From NCBI RefSeq assembly GCF_006345805.1, contig NC_043021.1, forward strand, positions 5,270,001 through 5,334,000: a DNA stretch of 64,000 nt, written 5' to 3'. The first letter of the stretch is position 1; every line of letters begins with the position of its first letter. Both the position numbers and the translations under genes were made by a program. Below, one piece after another: positions 10,675-23,050 of this stretch. The notes below the pieces were generated by a model. That model did not search any database. It saw nothing but the letters and a program-made list of their open reading frames with translations, and had not been told where the DNA came from. Source of the DNA: Octopus sinensis (taxonomy: Eukaryota).

Positions 10675-11345
10675 TGTGTGTGTGTGGTGTGTGTGTGTGT
10701 GTGCGCTAGCGTGCATCTGTACGCTTTGTGCACGTGTGTATGTGTGTGTGTGTTTGTGTATGTGTTTGTGTGTGTATATGCGTGCACGTGTGCGTGTGTA
10801 TGCATACATGAATGTTTGTTTGTGTGTATGCATGCGTCTGTGTACATCAAGTATGTTTGTGTGTATGTGTGCGTGCGTGTGTGTGTGCATACGTGTATGT
10901 GTGCATGATTGTGTGTGTGTGCATGCGTGTATGTGTGCGTGCGTGTATGTGTGCGTGCGTGTATGTGTGCATGATTGTATGTGTGCATGCGTGTATGTGT
11001 GCATGCGTGTATGTGTGCATGCTTGTGTGTGTGCGTGCGTGTATGTGTGCATGCGTGTATGTGTGCGTGCGTGTGTGCATGCTTGTGTGTGTGCGTGCGT
11101 GTATGTGTGCATGCGTGTATGTGTGCATGCATGTATGTGTGCATGCTTGTGTGTGTGCGTGCGTGTATGTGTGCATGCGTGTGTGTGTGCATGCGTGTAT
11201 GTGTGCATGCGTGTATGTGTGCATGCATGTATGTGTGCATGCTTGTGTGTGTGCGTGCATGTGTGTGCATCCATGCATGAGAGTGCATGTGTTTTTTATA
11301 TGTCTGTGTGCATCTTGCATGTGTTTCTGCACACATGTATGTGCA
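10675..11345. repeat. TG/CA-rich minisatellite with ~18-bp units (gtgtatgtgtgcatgcgt)
   Basis: Direct reading; source of many spurious HTHA/CVCM ORFs. Confidence 0.95.
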
Positions 11346-11694
11346 CGAGCATGTTCGTGCACACGGGCACATGTGGTATTTCTCCGTCATGCCACGCACC
11401 ACATCTTCATCGTTTCCTCAATGATCTTCCATGACTGGATCATAAACCGAAGGACCACAGCAAGCGCCAACCTCTCAATCCCTTCATTCCTCCAAGACAG
11501 GTAATATTCATAGCACCAGTTAGTGCCAATTCCATTTGCTGTAGGTATCACAGTCTTAGAATAAACAGGATTTGCTGCATTCCTGCAATGTCATATGGCA
11601 TCAGGAAGGGCATCGGCCCACAAAAACTCCGTCTCAGGAAAACGGTCCAACTCATGCCAGCATGATAAAGTGGAGGGAAAACACTGCCAAGGGG

Positions 11695-11930
11695 ATGATA
11701 ATGGTGATAGTGGTAGTGATGATGATGGTGGTGGTGGTGGTGGTGGTGGTGGTGGTGGTGGTGAAAGTTGAGATGATGACAGCGGTAGTAATAATGTTGA
11801 TGATAGTTGCAGTGGTGATGATGGCAATGATGATAGTGGTGGTGGTGGTGGTAATTATGATGGTAGTGAGGGTGGTTGTAGGGATGATAGTGTTGGAGGT
11901 TGTGATGATAGTGGTGGTGGTGATGATGAT
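11695..11930. repeat. (GAT/GGT)n degenerate trinucleotide tract
   Basis: Direct reading. Confidence 0.9.
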
Positions 11931-12319
11931 TAGCTCTAATTTTATGGCAGTCTCAGATCTGAAGTTATCCCCAAGAAGCAGATGAGAGATACCATCCCTT
12001 CCTGAATAAGTATATAGGTGTGTCACTTGAGAAGTTATGGTTACAGGCATAGCTACATGGGTTAAGAAGTTCATCTCTCAACTAAATGGTTTCAGGTTCA
12101 ATCCTCTGCAGCATGGAACTTTGGGCAAGTAGCTCGGTTTGATCAATACCTTGACGTAATACATAAAATGGACATTGCAAAAATCCCCAAAAGGACAGGT
12201 GATGAATTAAGTCTACCCCACTCCACCCCAGAAAACAGACTCGATCCATTCAAGAGGTTTACCATCAACCCAGTTTCACTTGCAACACTTAGTGACATTG
12301 AGTTGACTCTAAGCCTGTG

Positions 12320-12802
12320 TTAAGAAACACTTCTGGTCATCAAATCTAAGTAGAGACTTCAAACTTGAAATCTTCAAAGCCACAGTCGAACCACTTCTAC
12401 TATATGGCTCAGAAACTTGGACGTTATCAAAGAAGCTTGAGAGGCGGTTGGATGGAACCTACACTCGCCTCCTTATGAGAGCTCAAAATCTCTCGTGGAG
12501 GTGCCATCCAACCAAAATGCAAATATATGGGAAACTACCACCTGTGTCATCTCTTGTGAAAGGTAGGAGAGTCCAGTTTGCTGGACATTGTTGTAGAGCT
12601 GAAGACGAGGTAATTTCTACTCTTCTCCTCTGGAAGCCATCTACTCTCCTACCCTGATGAGGGCACACACTCTCCTACCCTGATGTAATCTCCAGGCATC
12701 CAGCAACAGGACCTCTGTAATGCCATGATTGACTGTGAAGTCTGGCGTAGCATGGTAAATTCCATTGTCTCGACCACGGTCGAACAATGATGATGATGAT
12801 GA
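12320..12802 (+). mobile_element. RTE-X-like LINE 3' fragment
   Basis: KLEIFKATVEPLLLYGSETWTLSKKLERRLDGTYTRLLMRAQNLSW...RRVQFAGHC...LLLWKP; ends in (TGA)n; 17-bp internal duplication actctcctaccctgatg. Confidence 0.87.
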
Positions 12803-13179
12803 CAAAGTCCAGTCCTTGTTGTGGGGAATTGTCTCAATGACCCCGAGTGCTATGCCAGCACAGCACATGCTCCTGGTAAGGCCTCCCATGCTGAACAGGT
12901 TAAAGGACAGAGGCAAGACTAATATGGGCCACCTTTTCTTCCCAGAGGTAAAAACGGGTTTGTGGAGGGCTAGCACCTCTACCTAGAATAATGCAAAGTT
13001 ACAGAAGCATTGATGACAATATCTGGGGGAGGAAAACACCCCATAATTGGGAACAGGGGAGAAAAGTTGTTGATAGCCTATACCAATAATTCCCAATGTG
13101 GGACATACACCTCACCAGTGGAGCTTGGGAAAATTGTGGTGAGGCACAAGATCGAAATTTTTTTTTTTTAGTGGGACAT

Positions 13180-13530
13180 CGTTCATCGTTTAACGTCTGT
13201 TCTCCATGCTAGCATGAGTTGGACGGTTTGACCGGGGATCTGGGAAGCCAGAAGGCTGCACCAGGCTCCAGTCTGATCTGGCAGTGTTTCTACAGCTGGA
13301 TGCCCTTCCTAACGCCAACCACTCCGTGAGTGTAGTGGGTGCTTTTTACGTGCCACCTGCACAGGTGCCAGGCAAGGCTGGAATCGGCCACGATTCGGAT
13401 GGTGCTTTTTACGTGCCACCGGCACGGAAGCCAGTCGAGGCGGCACTGGCATTGGCCATGATTTGGATGGTGCTTTTTACGTGCCAATGGCACGGAAGCC
13501 AGTCGAGGCGACGCTGGCATCGGCCACAGA
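13180..13530 (-). mobile_element. RTE family R 3' UTR fragment
   Basis: Homologous to the 14710 copy; several tandem gtgccaccggcac units. Confidence 0.8.
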
Positions 13531-14085
13531 ATTGAGAAAATCTTTTTTTCACAGCCTCTTGGTTAAATCAACCATTGTTAGTTGATATCTCCGAAGTTCC
13601 AATGCAGTTCTGAGAAGAGTTATCAGAAATGCAACATGATGAATCAGTGAAACAGTTTTTTTAAAAAATGAAAGGTAGCAAGATGTGGCTATGTGATGAA
13701 GTTGAAAGGAAATACCCTAACACTACCATTTCAGCAAAGGATTCATTTCTCCACCTCTTATTTTGTTGGGTGTGGCTTTAATACTGTTGACAAGCTTAAG
13801 TAAGTCAGGTGACATGTAGTAGGACTGAACCTGTAATCACATGATTACAAAGCAAACTTTTAAATCCCACAGCCATGGCTACTGTCTCCATTGTGTTACA
13901 TTTCACCTTGAACACCATATAATGCCTGTGGCAAGATATAAAGCACCAACCTGTTGGATGGAAGTTTATCATTACCTTTTCTATATAAACTGTTTGTACG
14001 ACATTTGACCCTTTCCTCTACTTTGTTTTGCTTTGTTTTGTGTGTGATATGTTTCAATGTTTTTTTTTTTCTGACTATTTTCAAG

Positions 14086-14221
14086 TCCCCTTCTGTTGCC
14101 TTCACTGAAGAATACCAAGTTGATTTACTGACTGCAACTCACGAAGCCCTTGACAAACGTATTGGGACATACCTGGCTGGGGAAATGGTCTGGAATTTTG
14201 CTGACTTTCAAACAGCTCAAG
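14086..14221 (+). CDS. GUSB: Beta-glucuronidase exon (exon 11 equivalent)
   Basis: Poly-T tract then ttcAAG acceptor; G|GTAACA donor; 136 nt. Encodes [45 protein letters not shown] (FTEEYQ, WNFADF). Confidence 0.95.
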
Positions 14222-14226
14222 GTAAC

Positions 14227-14271
<45 letters not shown>

Positions 14272-14709
14272 TGAACGAACGAACTAGTGAGTTTAGTTTA
14301 ATGGCCTACCAATGTATACTATGAGTTTCTTTGCCCTAGGAGTCGGGAAGACACTCGGCAAGAAATGGAAGCAAATTTGAAAGGAGAAGAAAAAAAAGAT
14401 AATAATAATAGTAGTAGTAGTACTGATAATTATAATAATAATTTTCAGTGTAGGTAAAAGTTACTTGTTATAACCCAATGTTCGGAATTTTTCTTTTCCT
14501 ACAATTTAATCTGTTGTGTGTATATGAAATAATAATAACCCTTTCTGTTATCGGCACAAAACCTGTAATTTTGTGGGAAGGGACTTGTTAATTACATTGA
14601 CCCCCAGTTCTCAACTGGTACTTATTTCATTGACCCCAAAAGACATATGAAATGCCACTAAGCATTTTGCCCAGTGCAGTAAAGATTCTGCCAGCTCACT
14701 GCACTGACT

Positions 14710-15285
14710 TCATCATCATCATCATCATCATCATCGTTTAGCGTCCGCTTTCCATGCTAGCATGGGTTGGACGGTTCAGCTGGGGTCTGGGAAGCCAGAA
14801 GGCTGCACCAGGCCCAGTCTGATCTGGCAGTGTTTCTACGGCTGGATGCTCTTCCTAATGCCAACCACTCTGTGAGTGTAGTGGGTGCTTTTTACGTGCC
14901 ACCGGCACAGGTGCCAGACGAGGCTGGCATCAGCCACGATCGGATGGTGCTTTTTATATGCCACCGGCACTTGGCCAGTCGGGGCGGCGCTGGCAACGGC
15001 CACGCTCGGATGGTTCTCTTACGTGCCACCGGCACTGGTATCACAGCTGAAATTTCCATTGATGTTGATCGATTTCGATTCTCACTTGCCGCAACAGGTC
15101 TTCACAAGTAGAGTTTTGTGTCCCAAGAAGGAAAGGTATGCATAAGTGGACTGGCTACATCCCGTGTAGAGGCCACGAGTTATGGTCTCACTTGTCCTGC
15201 CGGGTCTTCTCACGCACATACTTCTAAAGGTCTCAGTCTCTAGTCATTTCCTCAGTGAGACCTAAAGTTCGAAGGTCATGCTTCA
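14710..15285 (-). mobile_element. 5'-truncated RTE LINE (ORF2 C-terminus plus long 3' UTR, family R)
   Basis: Minus strand reads KHDLRTLGLTEEMTRD.DL..(REKTRQDK*), then a UTR with tandem units and a (GAT)n tail. Confidence 0.85.
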
Positions 15286-15735
15286 TAATGATAATAATGA
15301 TTTCAAATTTTGGCACAAGGCCAGTAATTTTAGGAGTAATTTTGCATCAACCCCAGCACTCAACTGGTACTTAATTTATCAACCCCGAAAGGATGAATGA
15401 TAATAATAACAACAAAAAACAATATCGATAAATAAACAGATGAGTAAATAAACTATTTATAAATGAAATGAATATATTTCTATTTTAAGTATTTGTTATA
15501 TTTTAAGATGGTCATTTTTTCCCCCCAATTAAATTAGATAAATAGATAGATATATTTCTTTATTGGCCACACAGGGCTGAACACAGAGGGGACAAAATAC
15601 AAAGTAGAGCTTTTCTTTTTGGGAAGAAGAAAAAAAAGGGTGGGGGGTAAGAGAAGGGGTATCCACCTTCCTATTCAACATCCATTCATTTATTTAATTA
15701 TTTTTTCCTTCACCATTGTATTGGAATGGGTTTAA

Positions 15736-15961
15736 CCCTTTCATTACCATATTTATTTTGAGATGCTCTGTGTTTCTTTCAATTAATTTTAAATATAACA
15801 AAGAATTTAGTAAAATAACTTGTTACCATTAAGCTAATGTTAGGAACATAAATTGTAACTAAGGTTTGGTGGAAGATTTTAATGCAAAACTTAAGAAAAC
15901 AAGACATTTGTACTACAGAGCCAGAGGCGGTTTTGGCTGGGTTGGGTTGGTAACGAAAGGG
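15736..15961. mobile_element. piggyBac-like MITE (226 bp)
   Basis: TTAA|CCCTTTCATTAC ... GTAACGAAAGGG|TTAA; reverse-complement homologue of 7891-8326. Older relatives at ~18440-18640 and ~63412-63590. Confidence 0.9.
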
Positions 15962-16181
15962 TTAAGGATTGACCTCTTTAAAAAAAAACAGGTGTCTTTT
16001 TGCTTTCATTCTAACTCATTTTTCTCTCTTTTTCTTTTTTTTTTTTTTTTACTTTCCTTTTTCCTCCTTTCTTTCTTTTTCTCCTCTGAGTTATATTTAG
16101 CACATACCCCTTCCAAACATTCATATATGAGAGCTTCTTTCAAACAAGTGTTTTACCTTTACTTATTGTCTCATATTTCAG

Positions 16182-16345
16182 GTGTAAAACGTGTGGCTGG
16201 GAACAAGAAGGGTCTTTTTACAAGACAACGTGAACCCAAATTTGCAGCCTTCCTTATTCGTAATCGGTACTTGGCACTTCAGAATAAAACTTCAGACACC
16301 GGCAGAAATTGTATGAAAGATATTTTTAAGGATGTGAGATTGTAA
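16182..16345 (+). CDS. GUSB: Beta-glucuronidase last coding exon (exon 12 equivalent)
   Basis: atatttcAG acceptor. Encodes (G)[53 protein letters not shown] followed by TAA; the GNKKG (NxK) motif is typical of glucuronidases. Confidence 0.96.
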
Positions 16346-16439
16346 TTTGTTAGACATTTCTAAAAGATACTCTTTTAATTATATACATCTTTTATTTTTA
16401 CCATTTTTTTAAATTAAAAAAAAATTTTCTTAATTTTTA

Positions 16440-16800
16440 CTTGTTTCAGTCATTTTGACTGTGGCCATTCTGGGGCATCACTTTAAAGAATTTTAATTGG
16501 ACAAATTGACCCTAGTACTTTCTTTTTTAAGCCTGGTACTTATTACATCAGTTTTTTTTGCTGAACTGCTAAGTTACAGGGACATAAGCACACCAACACT
16601 GGTTGTCATGTGGTAGTGGAGGACAAACAGAAACATGGACACACACACACACACATATGGTGGGCTTCTTTCAGTTTCTGTCTACCAAATACATTTGCAT
16701 GGCTTTGGTCAGCCCAATACTATGATAGAAAATACTTGCCCAAGGTGCCACACACAAACCAGAGCCATGAGGTTGGGAAGCAAGCTTCTTGCCGCACTGC
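16440..16800 (-). mobile_element. Old family B SINE
   Basis: Diverged reverse complement of the 17000 copy, including the tail. Confidence 0.8.
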
Positions 16801-16999
16801 CATGCCTGTGCCTTTAGCCATGATGGAATTTTATAAAATCATATTTACTGATTAATTAATCCATTATTTAATATGTTGACCAATCAGTAGCTGGGATTTG
16901 ATTAAGAAATGTGTCCTGCTCACAGAATAGTTTGGAAGTTGAAATATTTCAGCTATGAATATCCTCATAAATGATTCTTTTAAAATTATTATTAATATA

Positions 17000-17390
17000 G
17001 GCGCAGGAGTGGCTGTGTGGTAAGTAGCTTGTTTATCAGCCACATAGTTCCGGGTTCAGTCCCACTGCGTGGCACCTTGGGCAAGTGTCTTCTACTATAG
17101 CCTCGGGCCGACCAAAGCCTTGTGAGTGGATTTGGTAGACGGAAACTGAAAGAAGCCTGTCGTATATATGTGTGTGTGTTTGTGTGTCTGTGTTTGTCCC
17201 CCTAGCATTGCTTGACAACCGATGCTGGTGTGTTTATGTCCCCGTTACTTAGCGGTTCGGCAAAAGAGACCGATAGAATAAGTACTGGGCTTACAAAAGA
17301 ATAAGTCCCGGGGTCGAGTTGCTCGATTAAAGGTGGTGCTCCAGCATGGCCGCAGTCAAATGACTGAAAAGAGTAAAAGAGTGAAGAGTA
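17000..17390 (+). mobile_element. Family B SINE (tRNA head, CORE-like domain, internal microsatellite, LINE-derived tail), young full-length copy
   Basis: ggcgcaggagtggctgtgtggtaag (A-box), gggttcagtccc (B-box), accttgggcaagtgtctt (CORE-like), tail ccagcatggccgcagtcaaatgactgaaa(agagta)n. Other copies: 17879-18260, 35578-36023(-), 40441-40820, 41110-41506(-), 43890-44239, 48185-48495, 56755-57158(-), 58345-58720, 63796-end. Confidence 0.9.
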
Positions 17391-19064
17391 TAGCACTAAT
17401 TTGCATAAATTTATGATTGACATATCTTTATAAATTCACATAACTAAATATTCTTACATCTAAAAACAAAAAAACAAAAAAGCACTATGATTAAAGGTTT
17501 CCATTCATTTAAAGACAAATATTTTTGAATGAGAGATTTATATCACAGAACTAGTGACGGTTTCCTCTGGGTTCTTATCAAAAAGGTCAAATTACATGTA
17601 AGACACTTTCAAACAAATCATATCTACATTTCTTTATGAATGGAAAACTCATTACTGTTCTCTATTTTCTTTTGATAAAGAGATTTTAACCCCCAAAATA
17701 TCAAAATATAAGGTTGAATGTAAAACTTATTTTATTTTCCTTCTGCTTCTAGTCTTTTCTCCCCCCAATTTGCATTGTACAAGCTTTGAAAAAAATTTTG
17801 ACAACTTTATCACACAGTACTTCATTGCAACTATGCTACTGTAATAATTGAAGGGCATTCATATAAAAAATTATGTAAGGCACAGGAGTGGCTGTGTGGT
17901 AAGTAGCTTGTTTACCAACCACATGGTTCCAGGTTCAGTCCCACTGCGTGGCACCTTGGGCAAGTGTCTTCTACTATAGCCTCGGGCCGACCAAAGCCTT
18001 GTGAGTGGATTTGGTAGACGGAAACTGAAAGAAGCCTGTCATATATATATGTATGTGCATGTGTGTTTGTGTGTCTGTGTTTGTCCCCCTAGCATTGCTT
18101 GACAACTGATGCTGGCGTGTTTATGTCCCCGTTACTTAGCGGTTCGGCAAAAAAATAAGTACTGGGCTTACAAAAGAATATGTCCCGGGGTCGAGTTGTT
18201 CAACTAAAGGCGGTGCTCCAGCATGGCCACAGTCAAATGACTGAAACAAGTAAAAGAGTAAAGTTATGTAAAATAGTTTGACTGACTGAATTAAAAAGCT
18301 CCACTTCAGCTGAGATAAATTGTTTCATGTGCCTTATCTAACAATACAAGACAATTCTTAGAGTAAAATATGATTTCACAACCATATAGTCAGAAGTTTT
18401 CTATCTCTTATCACTTTCATTACTATATCTCTACTGAAATATATTGCTTTCATTTCAATGAATTTTGAAAATAACAAAAATAATGAAGAATTAGATAAAA
18501 TAATTTTGTCATTATTATAAGTTAGTATTTGGAACATAAATTAGCATGAAATTTTGATGGACATTTTTTTGAAAAATAAGTTCCTTTTTAAACAGGAATT
18601 TAATATCATAGAAACCAGGGGTAGTATATCAAAAGGGTTCATTTCAGAACTTCTGAAATTAAATTTAGCTCATTTAATGCTAACTTGCCAAAAACTGTCT
18701 CTAATGAAGTGTCAAAATTTAATCTCAAGTCTTGGACTGAAATTTCATTTCTCTAAATTTATCAGATGAAAGGTAACGTGAGATTTCAATATGTAAATAT
18801 TTTATCTTTTATTAGGGTAGTTATTTCATTAGGGCAGTGAATTGATAGAATTATTAGTCTTTTGTCCCTCTGGGGTTTATGAAATAAGTACCAGTCAAGT
18901 TCTCGGGGTCAATGTAATTGACTTAATCCCCTCTTTTTGAAATTGCTGGCCTTGTGTCTACAGTATTGGCCTACCCCTTTCCCCCACAAATGCTGGTTTT
19001 GTACCTAAATTAGGAATTAAAGAAATTTATTTTGGTAAACCTCAAATGATTCCTGATTATTTTT

Positions 19065-19370
19065 GAAATCTCATCTCATCTCATTTCATCATTCTTTGCC
19101 CGCTTATTCCTGGGTGGGGAGGGTCATGGGGGGGCAGAGTCTTCAAGCATACCTTTCATCTGGTCCTGCCAAAAGCAGCAATCTCCAATGGCTCCAGCTG
19201 CATTCCCAAGTGAGACTGGCTGAGCTCATAGATATTATTCCAACCATCTCGCTCGTAGTCTTCCCCTGAGTCTCCTCCTGGTTGGTTTTGCCCATAAAAG
19301 CTGTCCAGCAATTCTTACCACATATCCATAGTATCGAAGCTGTGATATCTCAATCTGGAAGTTGAAGCAA
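19065..19370 (-). mobile_element. RTE-clade (Rex3/Expander-like) LINE 3' fragment
   Basis: QLRYYGYVVR...LLWAKPTRRRLRGRLRARWLE...; ends in an (ATGAG)n-like tail. Confidence 0.75.
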
Positions 19371-20289
19371 AAAGCCACAAAATGTATCCTTATTGGGAAT
19401 ATGGTCCCAGAAGGGTCAATATTACACAAACCATTCCTTATTTCTAAAGCATTTAAAAAAAAAAATAAAAGCCCCAAAACAAATTAGTCAATGAGGAAGG
19501 CTCTGCATGGTCACCTGACATACTAGATATAACAGTTAAGTCTACTTCAAATGTTCAACATTTTCTGACTCATAGAGGGTCAGCTATTGAAGATAGTGTA
19601 GGCCTATAAAGTCCTTAAGAGACAGGATGGTCATGACTTGAAAGCCATTGAGGTTAAACTGTGAATAATGAACAGCAGTAGCAAAAGACTTGGATGGTCA
19701 TGGCTGGAATGCTCTTGAACATATATCTGCCCTGGAGCTAAACAACATTACAAAACAAAAAATTCTCTATGCTATGAAGTCAGATAAGTTCCTACATCAT
19801 TCTCTCTTCCATAAATGGCTCTCTCTATATTTTTTATATCAGAAATAAAGTTTTGTTAAAAAAAGAAAAAATTGTTTTTGTTATTTTTACTATTGCATGT
19901 GGCAAAACTATAAAAAAAAGTATGGCTGTGCGGTTAAGCAGTTTGCTTTACAACTACATGGTCTTGGGTTCCGTTTGACTGCAAAGCACTTTGGACAGGA
20001 TTCTTCTATAATAGCCTTCGGCTAAATGATACCTTATGAATGGAATTATTAGATGGAAACTGTAAGGAAGCTTGTAGGCATGGCTGTGTGGTGAAGAATC
20101 TCACTTAGCAACCACATGGTTTTGGGTTCAGTCTCAAGGCACAGCACCCTGTGCAAGTGTCTTCTACATAAGCCTCATGCTGATCAGTGTCTTGTGCGTG
20201 AATTTGGTAGATGGGTTAGCCCATTGTGTATTATGTGTGTTTGTATTTGTCCTTGCCAAATGGACAAAGCTTGATAACTGGTGCTGGTT

Positions 20290-20990
20290 TGTTTTTGTTC
20301 ACATAAAGGCCAGGAGCTGCACCAGGTTCCAAATCTGTATTGGCCTGGTTTCTACAGCTGGATGCCCTTCCTAACACCAACTTTACAGATGCTTTTTATG
20401 TGGCACCACCACCAATATGTTTTACGTGGCACATCAATTTTAGGATACAATTCTGTTGTGGTGGGTGGGGGTCTTTGTGAGTACAGCAATGTGCCACATA
20501 TCTTGGTCCTTTTTTAACCCTTTAGTGTTCACATTATTCTGCCAAAATTAATCCTTTTTTATCCACATTGTTTTGAATTAATCATGCATTATCTTGTAGC
20601 TATGAGATTTTGATGAGGTAGCTGTTAATTTTTAAAACAATATTGTAGGGTTGGTGTGAGAGACCAGATCTGGCCAGTTTGAACATAAAACAGGCAGAAT
20701 GCTTTTGGCCGGATATGGCCAGTTTAAATGCTCAAGGGTTAAGGCCCGGTATTTTGAGATTGGCCTTCAATACTTCCTCCCATGTCTTCCTGGGTCTCCC
20801 TCTTCCACAACTTCCCTCCACTTTAAGTGATTGCCACTTCTACATGAAGCTATCCTCATTCATATACATCACATAACCAAACCAGTGCAGTCTTCTCTCT
20901 TGCACACTGCATCTGATCCCTCTTATGCCTAATTTTTCTCTCAATGCATTAATGCTCTGTTGCACATGCACACTGACATGCAGCAGAAAA
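20290..20990 (-). mobile_element. RTE fragment interrupted by a piggyBac-like MITE
   Basis: LREKLGIRGIRCSVQERRLHWFG...GRGRPRKTWEEVLK before the MITE; KDQDMWHIAVLTKT and family R-like UTR after it. Confidence 0.78.
20518..20738. mobile_element. piggyBac-like MITE (221 bp)
   Basis: TTAA|CCCTTTAGTGTT ... AATGCTCAAGGG|TTAA. Confidence 0.78.
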
Positions 20991-21503
20991 ACATCACCCT
21001 GGGTCCTTTATGCAAAGATAAGCCTCCCATAAGCAGATTTTGTCCCTGACACTTACCACCATATCCTAATTTTTTCTTTGAATATGCTTTGCCGAAATTG
21101 GGGTGCATCCAAGGGCTGGAGTTATATATGAACCAATATAAAGCCATTGCTCCTTAGCCTGGGGATCCCTTTAACTTAGAAGTCTAAAGTTTAGAAGTAA
21201 AAAGTTTTAAATATATTTAGAGCAATCAAATGAATAATGAAATTTTTTTTAAATATTGATCTTTTAAAATAATTGAGTCCTCTTTTGATTTTTAGGTCCT
21301 TTTTAGACTTAAAAAGGCCATTAAATTTAACTGAGTCTCTAAAACTTCTGAGGCCCTTTTTCAATTTTCAGACTGGTACTTATTCTATTGTTCTCTTTTG
21401 CTAAACTGCTAAATTACAGGGATGTAAACACACCAACACTGGTTGCCAAGCATTGGTGGCGGACAAACGCAAAAACACACACACAACGATATATACATAC
21501 ATA

Positions 21504-21540
<37 letters not shown>

Positions 21541-22552
21541 GTTATTTTCACAATTTTCCAGCCTAAAATAGGACACAGCAGTACACACACGTATGTGCGT
21601 GTGTGTGTATATATGTGTATGTGTGTGTGTGAGAGAGAAAGAAGAGGCGAGAGGCTAATAATTTGTTCCAGTCATAAGCACGTGGCTATGTCTTTGGCTT
21701 GGCGCCAATTCTTGGTTCAAAGCGAACACGTGCTCTCACGAAATCTCAAGATTTTGTCTTTATCTCCTCCAATTACTTTTGAACCGATTCCATCTGTCTT
21801 TGCTGCTGTTGCCGTCAAACACAGTTGCAATAGGTCAGACCCAATGAGAGGCCCTCTACATTGTCACTCAACCTATTAGAAATAGTAGCCAAATCGTCCT
21901 TAAACCATATTCGTATCCTTCTTATAGAGAACAGAAGTACAAAACCAGAGTCCGAAGAAACCAGTTGTTGTCGTTGTGATGGTGGTGGTGTGTGTCGGCA
22001 AAAGTTCTGGATAAATTAGAATTCTCATCTCTCTCTCTCTCTCTCTCTATACCCACGGCGTTCAGGTCTTATGCAAATTTACGACCCCCACCTTTAAAAC
22101 AGATACCCACACAGACATAGACACAAAAGGAAGGGCACATTGCATAATGCAGTCACTGATACACTATGCCTAAAACGAGAAGGAGAAAGAAAAAAAAAAC
22201 AAGTAAAACTGGGATGATCAAAGCTGGAAAATCTTTGATCGTAAAGTCTGCTCGACAGGACTGACATGATGGCGGGAGGCAGGGGTCTATACAAGAACGT
22301 ATACCCTCTAAATTTATGAGTACCCAACCTTTTTCAAAATCTCGTCGCTCTCAGAAGTCTTTTTTTTTTTTAAATACCGAGTCGCAGCTGTTTGATAGAA
22401 TAAAGAGGAAGGAGAGATGTCAAAGGAAATGTTAAAAACATACATTATGTAGCATCAGACGACAGAGGGGATCCTCCATATAGTTGCATGAAATGCTAGA
22501 AATAACAGTGCCCTCACCCGAAGAATGAGCATCAACGATTTCTGAAAATAAG

Positions 22553-23050
22553 GCGGCGACCTGGCAGAAAGGCGGCAACCTGGCAGATACGTTAGCACGT
22601 CAGGCGAAATGCGTAGCCAAATTTCGTCTGCCGTTACGTTGTGAGTTCAAATTCCGCCGAGGTCGACTTTGCCTTTCATCCTTTCGGGGTCGATAAATTA
22701 AGTACCAGTTAAGCACTGGGATCGATATAATCGACTTAATACCTATGTCTGTCCATGTTTGTCCCCTCTATGTTCAGCCCCTTGTGTGTAATAAAGAAAT
22801 AGGTTTCTGAAAATAAGGCGGCGAACTGGCAGAAACGTTAGCACACCGGACGAAATGCGTAGCCGTATTTCGTTTGCCGTTACGTTGTGAGTTCAAATTC
22901 CGCCGAGGTCGACTTTGCCTTTCATCCTTTCGGGGTCGATAAATTAAGTACCAGTTAGGCACTGGGGTCGATGTAATCGACTTAATACCTATGTCTGTCC
23001 TTGTTTGTCCCCTCTGTGTTTAGCCCCTTGTGGGTAATAAAGAAATAGGT
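22553..23050 (+). mobile_element. Two full family A SINEs in tandem
   Basis: tttctgaaaat occurs before, between and after the two copies. Confidence 0.88.

Noticed and set aside
10588-11504. Several 170-257 aa ORFs (HTHA/CVCM repeats)
   Set aside because: Stop-free by composition of the TG/CA minisatellite; open in many frames on both strands.
16330-16345. C-terminal VRL as a peroxisomal targeting signal
   Set aside because: Not a canonical (S/A/C)(K/R/H)L PTS1; GUSB is lysosomal.
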